This document shows, piece after piece, positions 1 to 8,884 of a stretch of DNA of 35,058 bases. Both the position numbers and the translations under genes were made by a program. The number at the start of each line of letters is the position of its first letter. The stretch's first letter is position 1. This stretch comes from an uncultured Clostridia bacterium (GTDB lineage Bacteria > Bacillota > Clostridia > TANB77 > CAG-508), in assembly GCA_944388895.1 (NCBI GenBank), contig CALXKR010000002.1, forward strand, positions 1 through 35,058, read 5' to 3'. The notes under the pieces were generated by a model, which saw only the letters and a program-made list of their open reading frames with translations, was not told the origin of the DNA and made no database searches.

Positions 1-1330
1 TTATATCATTTATTTCTATTTCGCCTGATGCATTTGTTGTATACTCTTTAACTGATCCATTATTTACTTTTATATTAAATTTTGCACCTTCTAGTTTTCC
101 TTTGTTTTCTGCATCTTCTTTTATTAACTTAAATTTGTATAAACCTGTTATTTTAGGAATACTAATTTCATGTTCATCTATATAATTTTCTTTAGCTTTT
201 TCTACTATTACTACTGGTTGATTTATTGACAAACTGCTTGCTCCAGTTGTCCACATTGTTTGTTTTGTTTTTAGCATAGTCGTATCAATCTGAATTTTTA
301 CCTTTTCTACTTTAGTTGTAATAGGTAATTCTAAATAAAAGTTTTTACCAATTGTAGTTTTTATTTTATCTGTAACTGAAGTTCCTTGTTGTATTTCTTG
401 TTTATTTTCATTTAAAATTTTTATCTCTTGAATTTCACTTGTTCCGTCTGTTATTTTAGCTATAAATTCATAAGCCTCATCACCTATTTGTTCAATTTTA
501 TATGGTCCAATAATATATTTATTTTCTTCTATGTTTGCTTTAACAGATTCTGCATTAAGCCTTATTGAACTTTGTTTAGATGTCTCATAAGTAAAACCTG
601 ATTGAACCGCTTGAATTGCTCCGTTTACTAAATAACTATAAATTTGATCAATTTCATTATCTACCAAATCTAAACCGTATTTGTCTATTAAAGAAATTCC
701 ATCTACGCTTATTTCTACTGTATCTTTACTATTATTATGGTATTCTCCATCTGGATTTGTAAAATACCAAATTGCAATTTGCTGAATACTTTCTAATATG
801 TCATTTACTTCTTGTTCATTTGCTGTTCCATTTCTTAAAAAGCTCTCTTCAGACACTCCTGCATTGTTTAATAAATTTTCTTTTGTTTGATTAGCTATTT
901 CAATTTCTTCAGCATTAGCTCCAATTTTAGCTGGCATATATATATTATCTAATATCCATACTAGTTCATTATATGTTGTCATATTTTCTGGTAACTGCTC
1001 TCTGTATGGGCTTTCTATATTATCAGGCGATTTTATATCAAAATATTGTATATAATTAATTATTGAATTGTTATATGATTCTGATCCAAAACCTGGCCCT
1101 GCTTTTATACAATAGATACTTGATTTATCATCATTCTCTATCGTTCCTTCCTCATTATATTTAACTATTTTAAATATAGCCTTATTATTAAATTTATATG
1201 TTCCGGTTTCCCTTGCAGTTGATTTACCTTTTAGACCTAGATATATTGAACCTGTTGCTGCATAAATACTTGTAATTCCTATTGTTATAAAAATAATAAT
1301 TAGACTAATTAAATATTTTATTTTTTTCAT
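1..1330 (-). CDS. Thioester-domain (TED, Cys-Gln thioester) surface adhesin, first 443 codons. The 3' end lies beyond the window.
   Basis: Not in the ORF track because it runs off the window. My own translation starts at ATG 1330-1328, with AAAAGGGG 5 nt upstream. MKKIKYLISLIIIFITIGITSIYA-ATGS is a signal peptide. SSIYCIKAGPGFG (Cys74, nt 1109-1111) and ESIQQIAIWYFTNPDG (Gln184, nt 779-781) fit the thioester Cys plus (T/Q)QxA(I/V)W pair of TED/TQXA domains. The last ~55 aa (YKFKLIKEDAENKGKLEGAKFNIKVNNGSVKEYTTNASGEIEI) look like a SpaA/CnaB-type stalk domain. Confidence 0.75.
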   Translation of the reverse strand, partial: MKKIKYLISLIIIFITIGITSIYAATGSIYLGLKGKSTARETGTYKFNNKAIFKIVKYNEEGTIENDDKSSIYCIKAGPGFGSESYNNSIINYIQYFDIKSPDNIESPYREQLPENMTTYNELVWILDNIYMPAKIGANAEEIEIANQTKENLLNNAGVSEESFLRNGTANEQEVNDILESIQQIAIWYFTNPDGEYHNNSKDTVEISVDGISLIDKYGLDLVDNEIDQIYSYLVNGAIQAVQSGFTYETSKQSSIRLNAESVKANIEENKYIIGPYKIEQIGDEAYEFIAKITDGTSEIQEIKILNENKQEIQQGTSVTDKIKTTIGKNFYLELPITTKVEKVKIQIDTTMLKTKQTMWTTGASSLSINQPVVIVEKAKENYIDEHEISIPKITGLYKFKLIKEDAENKGKLEGAKFNIKVNNGSVKEYTTNASGEIEINDI

Positions 1331-1369
1331 AATAACCCCTTTTATTTTTTACGAAATTATATATCTTAT

Positions 1370-1398
1370 ACTATATATCAAGAAAATATTTTTTTCAA
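1370..1398 (-). promoter_or_regulatory. Candidate sigma-A promoter of the TED adhesin gene
   Basis: Minus-strand TTGAAA (1398-1393), 17 nt spacer, TATAGT (1375-1370), about 40 nt upstream of the ATG and just downstream of the preceding terminator. Confidence 0.35.
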
Positions 1399-1416
1399 CA
1401 TTTTTTTCAAATATAT

Positions 1417-1447
1417 ATAAAAAAAGACCTACTTGGTCTTTTTTTAT
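1417..1447 (-). terminator. Rho-independent terminator after the AI-2E transporter gene
   Basis: Minus-strand AAAAAAGACC-AAGTA-GGTCTTTTTT hairpin with a U tract, 25 nt after the stop at 1472. Confidence 0.6.
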
Positions 1448-1471
1448 CTAATGCTTAAAAATTTTATATAT

Positions 1472-2608
1472 TTATTCAATCTTTTCTTTGCTGGTTAATT
1501 TTTCTTCAATAAAATCTTCAACAATAACTTTAACAAGTGTTAATATTGGTGCTGCTAAAAACATTCCTAAAATTCCAAAATAAGCACCTCCAACAGTCAC
1601 AGCAAACATTATTAGTAATGGACTTACTTTTAATGATGAACTTGTTATTCTAGGATTTATTATATTTGCATCTATTTGTTGCAAAATTATAACTACAATA
1701 CCCATTATTAAGGCTTGTTCCCATCCACCAGTTAGAAGTGTAATAATTATTGCTATTGCCACGCCAAATATTGCTCCAAAATATGGTATTAAATTTGAAA
1801 TACCTATTAAAGTTCCTAATAATATAGAATATTTTACTCCTATAATGCTCATTGCTATACTTGTTAGTATTGCTACTACTATTCCATCTACTAATTGACT
1901 AGAAAGGTATCTAAAGAATATTCCATTTCCAGTTATAAAATATTTTTGATATCTCTCATATCCTCTTTCTGTTAAAACGGCTTTTGCTAGTCTATTTAAA
2001 AATCTAATTATTCTTGTTCTTTGTGCTAATATATATACTGAACAAATAACAGCAATAAAAATATTAACTATTCCTTTTATAACACCCATTGCTGATGATA
2101 AATATTCTTTTATTCTATCAAAAGTAAAAAATGTTTCAAAATTTGTGTTTTGTAACCAATCTACTACTGGTTTTAATATATTTTCTTGAATAAAAGGTGC
2201 AATTGTTATATCTGGGCTATCTGATATAACAGAATTATAATAATTTTGTACATTACTTATTAAATCTGCTATACTTGTGCCTAATGTTGGAATAATAACA
2301 TTCATAAACCATGCAATAAGTGCTATGACAATTATATAAGTAATTGCTATACTTGTCCCTCTAGCATGCTTTCTTATAAATTTGCTTTTAGATTTTATAA
2401 AAATATTTTCTATTTTCTTGCAAGGGCTATATAAAATATATGCTATTAATATACCTTCTAAAAATGGAGCAAGTACACTAAATAAGTTACCTAGCCATCC
2501 ACCTATTCCTGTAAAATTATCTAACAATTTATATACAATTATTAAAACAATTCCTATTGATACCCAATACAACCATTTTTTTGTACCTAATATTTTTTCT
2601 TTTTTCAT
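1472..2608 (-). CDS. AI-2E family (UPF0118, PerM/YtvI-like) integral membrane transporter
   Basis: 378 aa with multiple TM helices throughout. Segments such as NLIPYFGAIFGVAIAIII and QQIDANIINPRITSSSLKVSPLL are typical of this family. RBS AAGGAAG. Confidence 0.8.
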   Translation of the reverse strand: MKKEKILGTKKWLYWVSIGIVLIIVYKLLDNFTGIGGWLGNLFSVLAPFLEGILIAYILYSPCKKIENIFIKSKSKFIRKHARGTSIAITYIIVIALIAWFMNVIIPTLGTSIADLISNVQNYYNSVISDSPDITIAPFIQENILKPVVDWLQNTNFETFFTFDRIKEYLSSAMGVIKGIVNIFIAVICSVYILAQRTRIIRFLNRLAKAVLTERGYERYQKYFITGNGIFFRYLSSQLVDGIVVAILTSIAMSIIGVKYSILLGTLIGISNLIPYFGAIFGVAIAIIITLLTGGWEQALIMGIVVIILQQIDANIINPRITSSSLKVSPLLIMFAVTVGGAYFGILGMFLAAPILTLVKVIVEDFIEEKLTSKEKIE

Positions 2609-2655
2609 ACACTATACTTCCTTTTAGCCTAATAATATGTTTATAAAAATATCTC

Positions 2656-3420
2656 TTATTTTAGATCTAACTCAACTGGACAATGGTCGCTTCCCATTAC
2701 TTCCGTATGTATTTTTGCATCTAATATATTATCTTTAAATGATTCTGAAACTATAAAATAATCTATTCTCCATCCTACATTTTTTTCTCTTGCATGAAAC
2801 ATGTATGACCACCAAGAATATATGTCTTTTTGTTCAGGATACAAATATCTAAATGTATCTATAAATCCTGCTGACAATAATTCTGTCATTTTTCCTCTTT
2901 CTTCATCTGTAAATCCTGCACTTTTATGATTTGTTGATGGATTTTTTAAATCTATTTCTTGATGAGCAACATTTAAATCTCCACAATACACAACACTTTT
3001 TTTATTAGATAATATAGATAAATATTTTCTTATTTCATCTTCCCATAGCATTCTATATTCTAATCTTTCTAATTCCCTTTTAGAATTAGGAGTATAACAA
3101 TTTACTAAATAGAATTTTTCAAATTCTAAAGTAATTATTCTTCCTTCTTTATCATGTTCTTCTTTACCAATTCCATAAGTAACACTTATTGGTTTTATTT
3201 TTGAAATAACTGCTGTTCCTGAATACCCTTTTTTTTCTGCACTATTCCAATACACATACCTATCTTTAAATAAATTATTAATGTCTTGTGTTAATTGATT
3301 TTCTTGCATTTTTGTTTCTTGAATACAAAATATATCTGCATCAATTAATTTATAAAATTCTTCAAACCCTTTTGTAATAGCTGCTCTTAATCCATTTACA
3401 TTCCACGAAATTAATTTCAT
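2656..3420 (-). CDS. xth: Exodeoxyribonuclease III (AP endonuclease, EEP family)
   Basis: 254 aa. MKLISWNVNGLRA N-terminus, CGDLNVAHQEIDL, WRIDYF and GSDHCPVELDL C-terminus are ExoIII/ExoA signatures. RBS AAAGGAG. Confidence 0.9.
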   Translation of the reverse strand: MKLISWNVNGLRAAITKGFEEFYKLIDADIFCIQETKMQENQLTQDINNLFKDRYVYWNSAEKKGYSGTAVISKIKPISVTYGIGKEEHDKEGRIITLEFEKFYLVNCYTPNSKRELERLEYRMLWEDEIRKYLSILSNKKSVVYCGDLNVAHQEIDLKNPSTNHKSAGFTDEERGKMTELLSAGFIDTFRYLYPEQKDIYSWWSYMFHAREKNVGWRIDYFIVSESFKDNILDAKIHTEVMGSDHCPVELDLK

Positions 3421-3442
3421 TATAATTCTCCTTTTATTTTAA

Positions 3443-3472
3443 GCACAAAAGGATGGCTTACACCATCCTTTT
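3443..3472 (-). terminator. Rho-independent terminator after the lytic-enzyme gene
   Basis: Minus-strand AAAAGGATGG-TGTAAG-CCATCCTTTT hairpin, 10 nt after the stop at 3483. Confidence 0.6.
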
Positions 3473-3482
3473 CTTAATATTA

Positions 3483-4478
3483 TTAGTTTCCAAAATATAC
3501 ATTTCCACCAATATTAATACCATTTTGTTTTTGAGCTGATGTTGCTGCCCAATAAGATCTAAATGATGTATAAGGATGGTTTGTTTTTCCGTCCATTGCA
3601 TCTGCTACAGCTTGTTTAACATAGTTTGGAACATTACCACCTAAATATTTTACCCAATGGGTATCTATAGAATAGCAATATTGACCAGGTGCTGTTAATT
3701 GTTCATACATAGTAGAACCATGTCTTGACCATCTAGAGCTTCTTGTACGGTTTACTGCTGAAGATGCGACAGCTAGTGCACTTTCATAGCTAGATCCACC
3801 TTCTTGTCTAACAATTGCCCATATAATTTCTAACTGAGAACTTGATGCAGCAGCACTTCTTGCTGTAACTTGTTTTGTTCTAACTTCTACTATTTTGTTT
3901 ACTGGTTCTTTAATGATTTCTGAAGATATTTCAGTTTTTTCTATTTCATTTCCATTTTGATATCTAATTCTATATGTTACTTTTTTTAAACCATTTGAAC
4001 CTGTTTGCACTACTCTATTTTGAGTAGATGAACTTCCGTTTGAAACATCTTTTGTAATTGTTTCATATGGTATTTCTATTTCTTCTGTTACTACTTTTTC
4101 TACAATTTGAGTATAACTTGCTAATATTTCTTCTGCTGACATATATTCTTGTTCAGCTTTAGCTTGTTTAGCTCCTTTTGTAATTGTAATTGTTTTATTA
4201 TCTGTTAAAACCTCATCCATTGCTGGAGTAACAGTTTCTCCATCTAATACAACAATATGATTTTCAGCTAAAATGTCTGATACTTTTTCATTTGTTGTCA
4301 TGACATTCATTTCATAACCACTTGAAAGTAATATTTTAACTGATGTAAGCTGTTTGTTAGTAGCCATTACACTCATCATACCAGTAATCATTAATACTAT
4401 TACTGTTATAATAAATATTTTCTTTAGTGAAATGGTTGCTTTTTCATGCTCATTTTGTTTACTTATTCGTTTTCTCAT
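3483..4478 (-). CDS. Membrane-anchored DUF348-G5-SleB/CwlJ-type cell wall hydrolase
   Basis: The track ORF extends to 4535. I prefer ATG 4478 (MRKRISKQ...), which lies after AAAGGAGG. Features in order: TM anchor IFIITVIVLMITGMMSVMA; DUF348-like segment VKILLSSGYEMNVMTTNEKVSDILAENHIVVLDGETVTP; G5 domain IPYETITKDVSN...VVQTGSNGLKKVTYRIRYQNGNEIEKTEISSEIIKEPVNKIVEVRT; C-terminal cell-wall-hydrolase module AIVRQEGGSSYESALAVASSAVNR...APGQY. Confidence 0.7.
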   Translation of the reverse strand: MRKRISKQNEHEKATISLKKIFIITVIVLMITGMMSVMATNKQLTSVKILLSSGYEMNVMTTNEKVSDILAENHIVVLDGETVTPAMDEVLTDNKTITITKGAKQAKAEQEYMSAEEILASYTQIVEKVVTEEIEIPYETITKDVSNGSSSTQNRVVQTGSNGLKKVTYRIRYQNGNEIEKTEISSEIIKEPVNKIVEVRTKQVTARSAAASSSQLEIIWAIVRQEGGSSYESALAVASSAVNRTRSSRWSRHGSTMYEQLTAPGQYCYSIDTHWVKYLGGNVPNYVKQAVADAMDGKTNHPYTSFRSYWAATSAQKQNGINIGGNVYFGN

Positions 4479-4720
4479 AAAACCTCCTTTAAGTAACACA
4501 AGTATTATTATAGCACTTTTTACTTTATATGTCAAATTTAGTGACTATTTCCGCTAATAGCCTATACACATAGCTTTGCTAATTTTGTATACATAACATT
4601 TTCTTTTAAACTATATAAACCAAGCCTTTTGTTATACTTAATAAAATTTTTATAAATTTTATTGTTTAATTAAGAATAATATGATATAGTTATATTATAT
4701 TATATGTAAAGGAGGATTTT

Positions 4721-5281
4721 ATGGGTTGGATTATTTTAGGAATTGTAGTTATCATAGCTATTATTCTTATTGTTATTTATAATAGCTTAGTTACATTAAG
4801 ACAACGCGTTAATAACGCTTGGGCTCAAATTGAAGTTCAACTTCAAAGAAGATTTGACCTAATCCCTAATTTAGTAGAAACTGTTAAAGGATATATGGCT
4901 CATGAACAAGATACTCTTACAAAAGTTACAAATTTACGTACTTCATGGTCTAATGCAACAACAGTAGAAGAAAAAGCCAATTTAGGAAATGAACTTTCTA
5001 ACACATTAAAAACAATTATGGCAGTAGCTGAAAATTATCCAAATTTAAAAGCTGATCAATCTTTTAATCAATTACAAAATGAAATTTCTGAAACTGAAGA
5101 TAAAGTTGCTTATTCTAGACAATTCTACAATGACACTGTAACAATGTATAATACTAAATTAGAAACATTTCCATCTAACTTAGTAGCTGGAATGTTTGGA
5201 TTTAAGCCATCTACATTATTTAATGTTGATAATGATGAAGCTAGAAAAGCTGTAAAAGTAGATTTCGGAACAAATAAATAA
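4721..5281 (+). CDS. lemA: LemA family membrane protein
   Basis: 186 aa. N-terminal TM, then YNSLVTLRQRVNNAWAQIEVQLQRRFDLIPNLVETVKGYMAHEQ, the hallmark LemA block. RBS AAAGGAGG. Confidence 0.9.
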   Translation: MGWIILGIVVIIAIILIVIYNSLVTLRQRVNNAWAQIEVQLQRRFDLIPNLVETVKGYMAHEQDTLTKVTNLRTSWSNATTVEEKANLGNELSNTLKTIMAVAENYPNLKADQSFNQLQNEISETEDKVAYSRQFYNDTVTMYNTKLETFPSNLVAGMFGFKPSTLFNVDNDEARKAVKVDFGTNK

Positions 5282-5288
5282 TTAGCAT

Positions 5289-5327
5289 AAAAAAAGACCT
5301 ATACTAAAAGTATATGGGTCTTTTTTT
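5289..5327. terminator. Bidirectional hairpin terminator between convergent lemA and tatD-family genes
   Basis: AAAAAAAGACCTATAC-TAAAA-GTATATGGGTCTTTTTTT, an imperfect stem flanked by A and T tracts. Confidence 0.6.
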
Positions 5328-5330
5328 ATT

Positions 5331-6113
5331 TTATAAATTATTTAATTTGTATATTTTTAATGCATTTTTATATGTAGTTTTTGCTACCTCTTGAATTGTT
5401 AGCCCCTTTACACTAGCTATTTTGCTTGCAATATATTTTAAATTATTTGAATTATTTATTGTTCCTCTTACAGGTTCTGGTGCTAAATATGGGCTATCTG
5501 TTTCAATTAAAATTTTATCTAAAGGTACCATTTCTATTATTTCATTAGCATTTTTTGAATTTTTAAAAGTTATTGGACCTGCCATAGATATATAAAAATC
5601 TAATTTTAATGCCTCTTTTACTAATTCTCTATTAAGTGGGCAGCAATGAAAAATTCCTTTTTCTTTTACTTTATTTTCTTTTAATAAAGTAATTGTGTCC
5701 ATAACAGCATCTCTTGTATGAATTACAATTGGCAAATTATATTTATTAGCTATGTCTATTTGCTTTCTAAATGCCTCATATTGAATTTTTTTATCTGTGT
5801 CATAATGATAGTCTAGTCCAATCTCTCCTATTGCCAAAATCTTTCCTGATTGCAAATTAGCTACTAATAATTGTTCTAGTTCTTGTATATCTTTTTCGAA
5901 ATTGTCATTTAAATCATTTGGTGATATTCCTGCAGTTGTATAAATAAAATCATATTTTTTGGCTAGTTCAATATTTCTTTTAGTTCCTTCTAAACTATAT
6001 CCTGCACTTACAATTTTAGTAATTCCATTATTATACATATCTTTTAAAAGGATGTCTCTTTCTTCTTCAAACTTATTATCATCATAATGTGCATGTGCAT
6101 CAAAAAATTCCAT
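5331..6113 (-). CDS. TatD/YabD family metal-dependent hydrolase (DNase)
   Basis: 260 aa. MEFFDAHAHYDD, IGEIGLDYHYD, PIVIHTRDA and ETDSPYLAPEP motifs. Confidence 0.85.
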   Translation of the reverse strand: MEFFDAHAHYDDNKFEEERDILLKDMYNNGITKIVSAGYSLEGTKRNIELAKKYDFIYTTAGISPNDLNDNFEKDIQELEQLLVANLQSGKILAIGEIGLDYHYDTDKKIQYEAFRKQIDIANKYNLPIVIHTRDAVMDTITLLKENKVKEKGIFHCCPLNRELVKEALKLDFYISMAGPITFKNSKNANEIIEMVPLDKILIETDSPYLAPEPVRGTINNSNNLKYIASKIASVKGLTIQEVAKTTYKNALKIYKLNNL

Positions 6114-6121
6114 ATCTTTTC

Positions 6122-6496
6122 CTATCTGATTGTAACAGCTACCATAGCTATTGCATAATCTTTTATATGTGATAAACTAATATCTATATCTGCTATTTTT
6201 TGCTTTTCTATACAATATAATTCTACATAAGGTCTTCCATTTTCGTCATTTATTATTTCTATATCTTTCCAACTAATGTCAAATTTATTATTTAGCAATT
6301 TAGATATTGCTTTAAATACAGCTTCCTTTGCTGCAAATCTAGCAGCATAATGTTGAAACTTCATAGAGTTTGTTTTTTCACAATACTCTATTTCATTTTT
6401 TGTGTAAACTCTATTTAAAAATTTTTCACCTAAACTTTCAATTGATTCTTTTATTCTTTCAACTTCAATAATATCTGTACCTACTTTTATCTCCAT
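6122..6496 (-). CDS. acpS: Holo-[acyl-carrier-protein] synthase (4'-phosphopantetheinyl transferase)
   Basis: 124 aa. VGTDIIEVERI near the N-terminus, FAAKEAVFKA, and ISLSHIKDYAIAMV at the C-terminus. Confidence 0.85.
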   Translation of the reverse strand: MEIKVGTDIIEVERIKESIESLGEKFLNRVYTKNEIEYCEKTNSMKFQHYAARFAAKEAVFKAISKLLNNKFDISWKDIEIINDENGRPYVELYCIEKQKIADIDISLSHIKDYAIAMVAVTIR

Positions 6497-6497
6497 A

Positions 6498-7289
6498 CTA
6501 CATAATCCAATTTCCTAAATTTATTGTCCCTATAATAATTAATACTATCAATAAAATAATTATAATTCTAAACATATTTTCATGATTATCTAATTTAATA
6601 TTTTTATATAATAAGTCAAATTTATTTTCTACAGAAATATATAATTTTTCTAATTCAAATTTATCTTCCCATTCACTTATTAATTTATTTGCTTTTGCAT
6701 TATCTGTTATTTTATTATTATATATAGTTTGTACAAATTTAACAAAAAATTGTCTATTTTTATAAAACATGTCTTTGTCTTCCATCTTTTTATCTAATAA
6801 ATTTAAAAGTATAAACTTATATAATACAAATATATAGCTATAAATTAATTCCTTTTCTTCTAGTGCAATTTTATAAGTTTTACTAGCATCAATATTTATC
6901 TTTTCTATATTAGATATATAATTATTTTCTAATATTTCTTTTTCTACATTATTTCCTACTACAAAAGCAATTCCAGTTTCAAAACATATAATTTGTGTTT
7001 CTTCTTTTTCAAAAATTGTACAAGGATAGTTATTACAAACTGCAGAACGCATATCTACATCCATTTTGTTAAACTTTTCCTCATCAGTTATTCCAAAAGT
7101 CCAAAACATTAGCTCTCTCATTACAGGTAAGTAAAATTTATATAACTTACTATCTTTCTTTTTATTCCATATTTTTACGCCATAGCCTAGTATCATAATT
7201 TTTTCATAAAATTCATGTACTCTCTTTGGCTGAATTAATATTGGCTTTATCTTATATGTAATTTTGCTGTCTTTCATTTGTTGTTCCAT
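6498..7289 (-). CDS. Hypothetical tail-anchored protein (263 aa), function unknown
   Basis: The track ORF begins at GTG 7298. ATG 7289 lies 5 nt after AGAGGTGA, which overlaps the stop of the upstream WG-repeat gene. No signal peptide. Single C-terminal TM helix FRIIIILLIVLIIIGTINLG. There is a 1-nt gap to acpS. I recognise no family. A weak, unverified resemblance to the DUF155/RMD1 layout is only a guess. Confidence 0.55.
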   Translation of the reverse strand: MEQQMKDSKITYKIKPILIQPKRVHEFYEKIMILGYGVKIWNKKKDSKLYKFYLPVMRELMFWTFGITDEEKFNKMDVDMRSAVCNNYPCTIFEKEETQIICFETGIAFVVGNNVEKEILENNYISNIEKINIDASKTYKIALEEKELIYSYIFVLYKFILLNLLDKKMEDKDMFYKNRQFFVKFVQTIYNNKITDNAKANKLISEWEDKFELEKLYISVENKFDLLYKNIKLDNHENMFRIIIILLIVLIIIGTINLGNWIM

Positions 7290-7300
7290 AATATTCACCT

Positions 7301-8827
7301 CTATTCATTTTCATCTGTATAATAGTTAGCATTTAAATCAGGTGCTAAATGCCATTTTCCTATAAAACTTATTACTGTATTTTGTGCTAAATCATAAGAT
7401 GGTGTTACAACAACTTTTCCTGTTTGGTCAATAGCTCCCCATTTACCATCAATTTTTACTGCTGAATATCCATAATCATTTTGTTCTGTTGCATCATCAT
7501 AAATATAATCAACAACAACAATTCCATTTTTATCCACAAAGCCATATTTTCCATCTTTTTTAGATAAGAATAATGTGTTGCTTAAGAATATTTCTTGAGA
7601 TGTCTTACTTTCTAACTTAAAGTTATAGTATTTATATTCATTGCCTTCTCTAACTTTAAGATATCCCTTAGAAGAGTTAATTTCTGAAACAATTCCTGTA
7701 GCTTTTACTTCAAAATTAGTATTTAATAAATCTGTGTATCCATCTTCTTTATCAGCTTCAATAAAGTTTTCGTCTTTCATATATATTATATTTGTATATT
7801 TAAAATCTACTTTTGTTTCATTACTTAAGTTTATTATTCCATATTTTCCATCTTTTTTTGCTATATAGTTTCCATCTACTATATAACTTAAATCCTCATA
7901 ATTTGTTTCAATTTTTGTTTCACCTGCGGAATTTATTACTCCATATTTTCCACTGTTTTCTACTATTATATTTTCTCCATCTATACTTACTGCTTTATTA
8001 AATTTATTACTTAATTTTACCTCTCCATTAGAATCAATTAGTTCTAAACTTCCATTTTCTTTTACAACATACATATTATTTCCATATATATTTAAAATTT
8101 CAGAATATTTGCATTCTAAAATTTGTTTCTTGTTGTAATTTATTAAACCGTAATTTCCATTTTCATCTTTTACAATGTATCCATCTTCATATTTATTTGT
8201 TAGAGGTTTTATTTCTGTATATAAGTTATCTATAATTATATTTCCACTATTATCTACTAGTCCATATTTTCCATCTTTTATTGTAAGTAAACTATTTTTT
8301 ACTCCTTTTAGTGGAGTTATTGAATCATAATTACAAGCTAAAAGTTCTGTTCCCGTAAAGTTAATTAATCCATATTTACCTTCTTTTGAAACTTTTAAAG
8401 CATTTACATCATAACTTACTATATTATTGCTGTCTATATTTTGTAATGCCTCTACTTTTTCATAACCTGAAAATAGTGTATTTGATTTATTATCTATTGC
8501 CTTTGATTCATAAGTTCCATTTTCTAAATTAACATTAGATTGACATATAAAAACAGGCTTTGTTGCATCTGGAATTATAATCATATCTTCATAAGTAGGC
8601 TCTATAATGGTTTCTCCTTTTGAATTTATGACTCCCCATTTTCCTCCAGTATATACTGTAATATATGAATTTGTAACAACCTTTGTTTCCGCCTTTTCAT
8701 CTGGTGTTGCAAATTTAACAATTAAAACAATACACATAATAATTACAGCTATTACAATTAAAACTGCAATAACCTTTTTTATATTTAATTTTGGTTCTCC
8801 ATCATATCTTCTACCTCTACTTGCCAT
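7301..8827 (-). CDS. Membrane-anchored WG-repeat (KWG-type beta-repeat) protein
   Basis: The track ORF starts at 8839. ATG 8827 (MASRGRRY...) follows GGAGG by 5 nt. N-terminal TM VIAVLIVIAVIIMCIVLIV. At least eight clear G-K-(Y/W)-G-(L/V/I/A)-(I/V)-(N/D) repeats, for example GGKWGVINSKGE, EGKYGLINFTGT, DGKYGLVDNSGN and DGKWGAIDQTGK. Confidence 0.8.
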   Translation of the reverse strand: MASRGRRYDGEPKLNIKKVIAVLIVIAVIIMCIVLIVKFATPDEKAETKVVTNSYITVYTGGKWGVINSKGETIIEPTYEDMIIIPDATKPVFICQSNVNLENGTYESKAIDNKSNTLFSGYEKVEALQNIDSNNIVSYDVNALKVSKEGKYGLINFTGTELLACNYDSITPLKGVKNSLLTIKDGKYGLVDNSGNIIIDNLYTEIKPLTNKYEDGYIVKDENGNYGLINYNKKQILECKYSEILNIYGNNMYVVKENGSLELIDSNGEVKLSNKFNKAVSIDGENIIVENSGKYGVINSAGETKIETNYEDLSYIVDGNYIAKKDGKYGIINLSNETKVDFKYTNIIYMKDENFIEADKEDGYTDLLNTNFEVKATGIVSEINSSKGYLKVREGNEYKYYNFKLESKTSQEIFLSNTLFLSKKDGKYGFVDKNGIVVVDYIYDDATEQNDYGYSAVKIDGKWGAIDQTGKVVVTPSYDLAQNTVISFIGKWHLAPDLNANYYTDENE

Positions 8828-8855
8828 TTTTACCTCCATACTTTTCTACTTATAT

Positions 8856-8884
8856 ACTATATCAGTTTTACAAGTATTTTTCAA
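8856..8884 (-). promoter_or_regulatory. Candidate sigma-A promoter of the WG-repeat/acpS/tatD operon
   Basis: Minus-strand TTGAAA (8884-8879), 17 nt spacer, TATAGT (8861-8856), between the spoIIE terminator and the WG gene. Confidence 0.4.

Noticed and set aside
2382-2627. 81-aa plus-strand ORF antisense to the AI-2E transporter gene
   Set aside because: Lies almost entirely (2382-2608 of 2382-2627) antisense within a well-supported gene. It has the F/L/I/S/P-rich composition typical of the reverse frame of AT-rich coding DNA, and no RBS.
4479-4535. N-terminal extensions proposed by the ORF track. This one and the equivalents: 8828-8839 (WG protein), 7290-7298 (263-aa protein, GTG), 28913-28924 (DUF4321-like, TTG), 29058-29090 (mecA).
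   Set aside because: In each case an internal ATG sits 5-8 nt downstream of a GGAGG-type Shine-Dalgarno, whereas the longest-ORF start has none. The extensions add implausible residues ahead of the natural N-termini.
4354-4557. 67-aa plus-strand ORF over the 5' end of the lytic-enzyme gene
   Set aside because: Antisense artefact with isoleucine/leucine-rich nonsense composition and no RBS.
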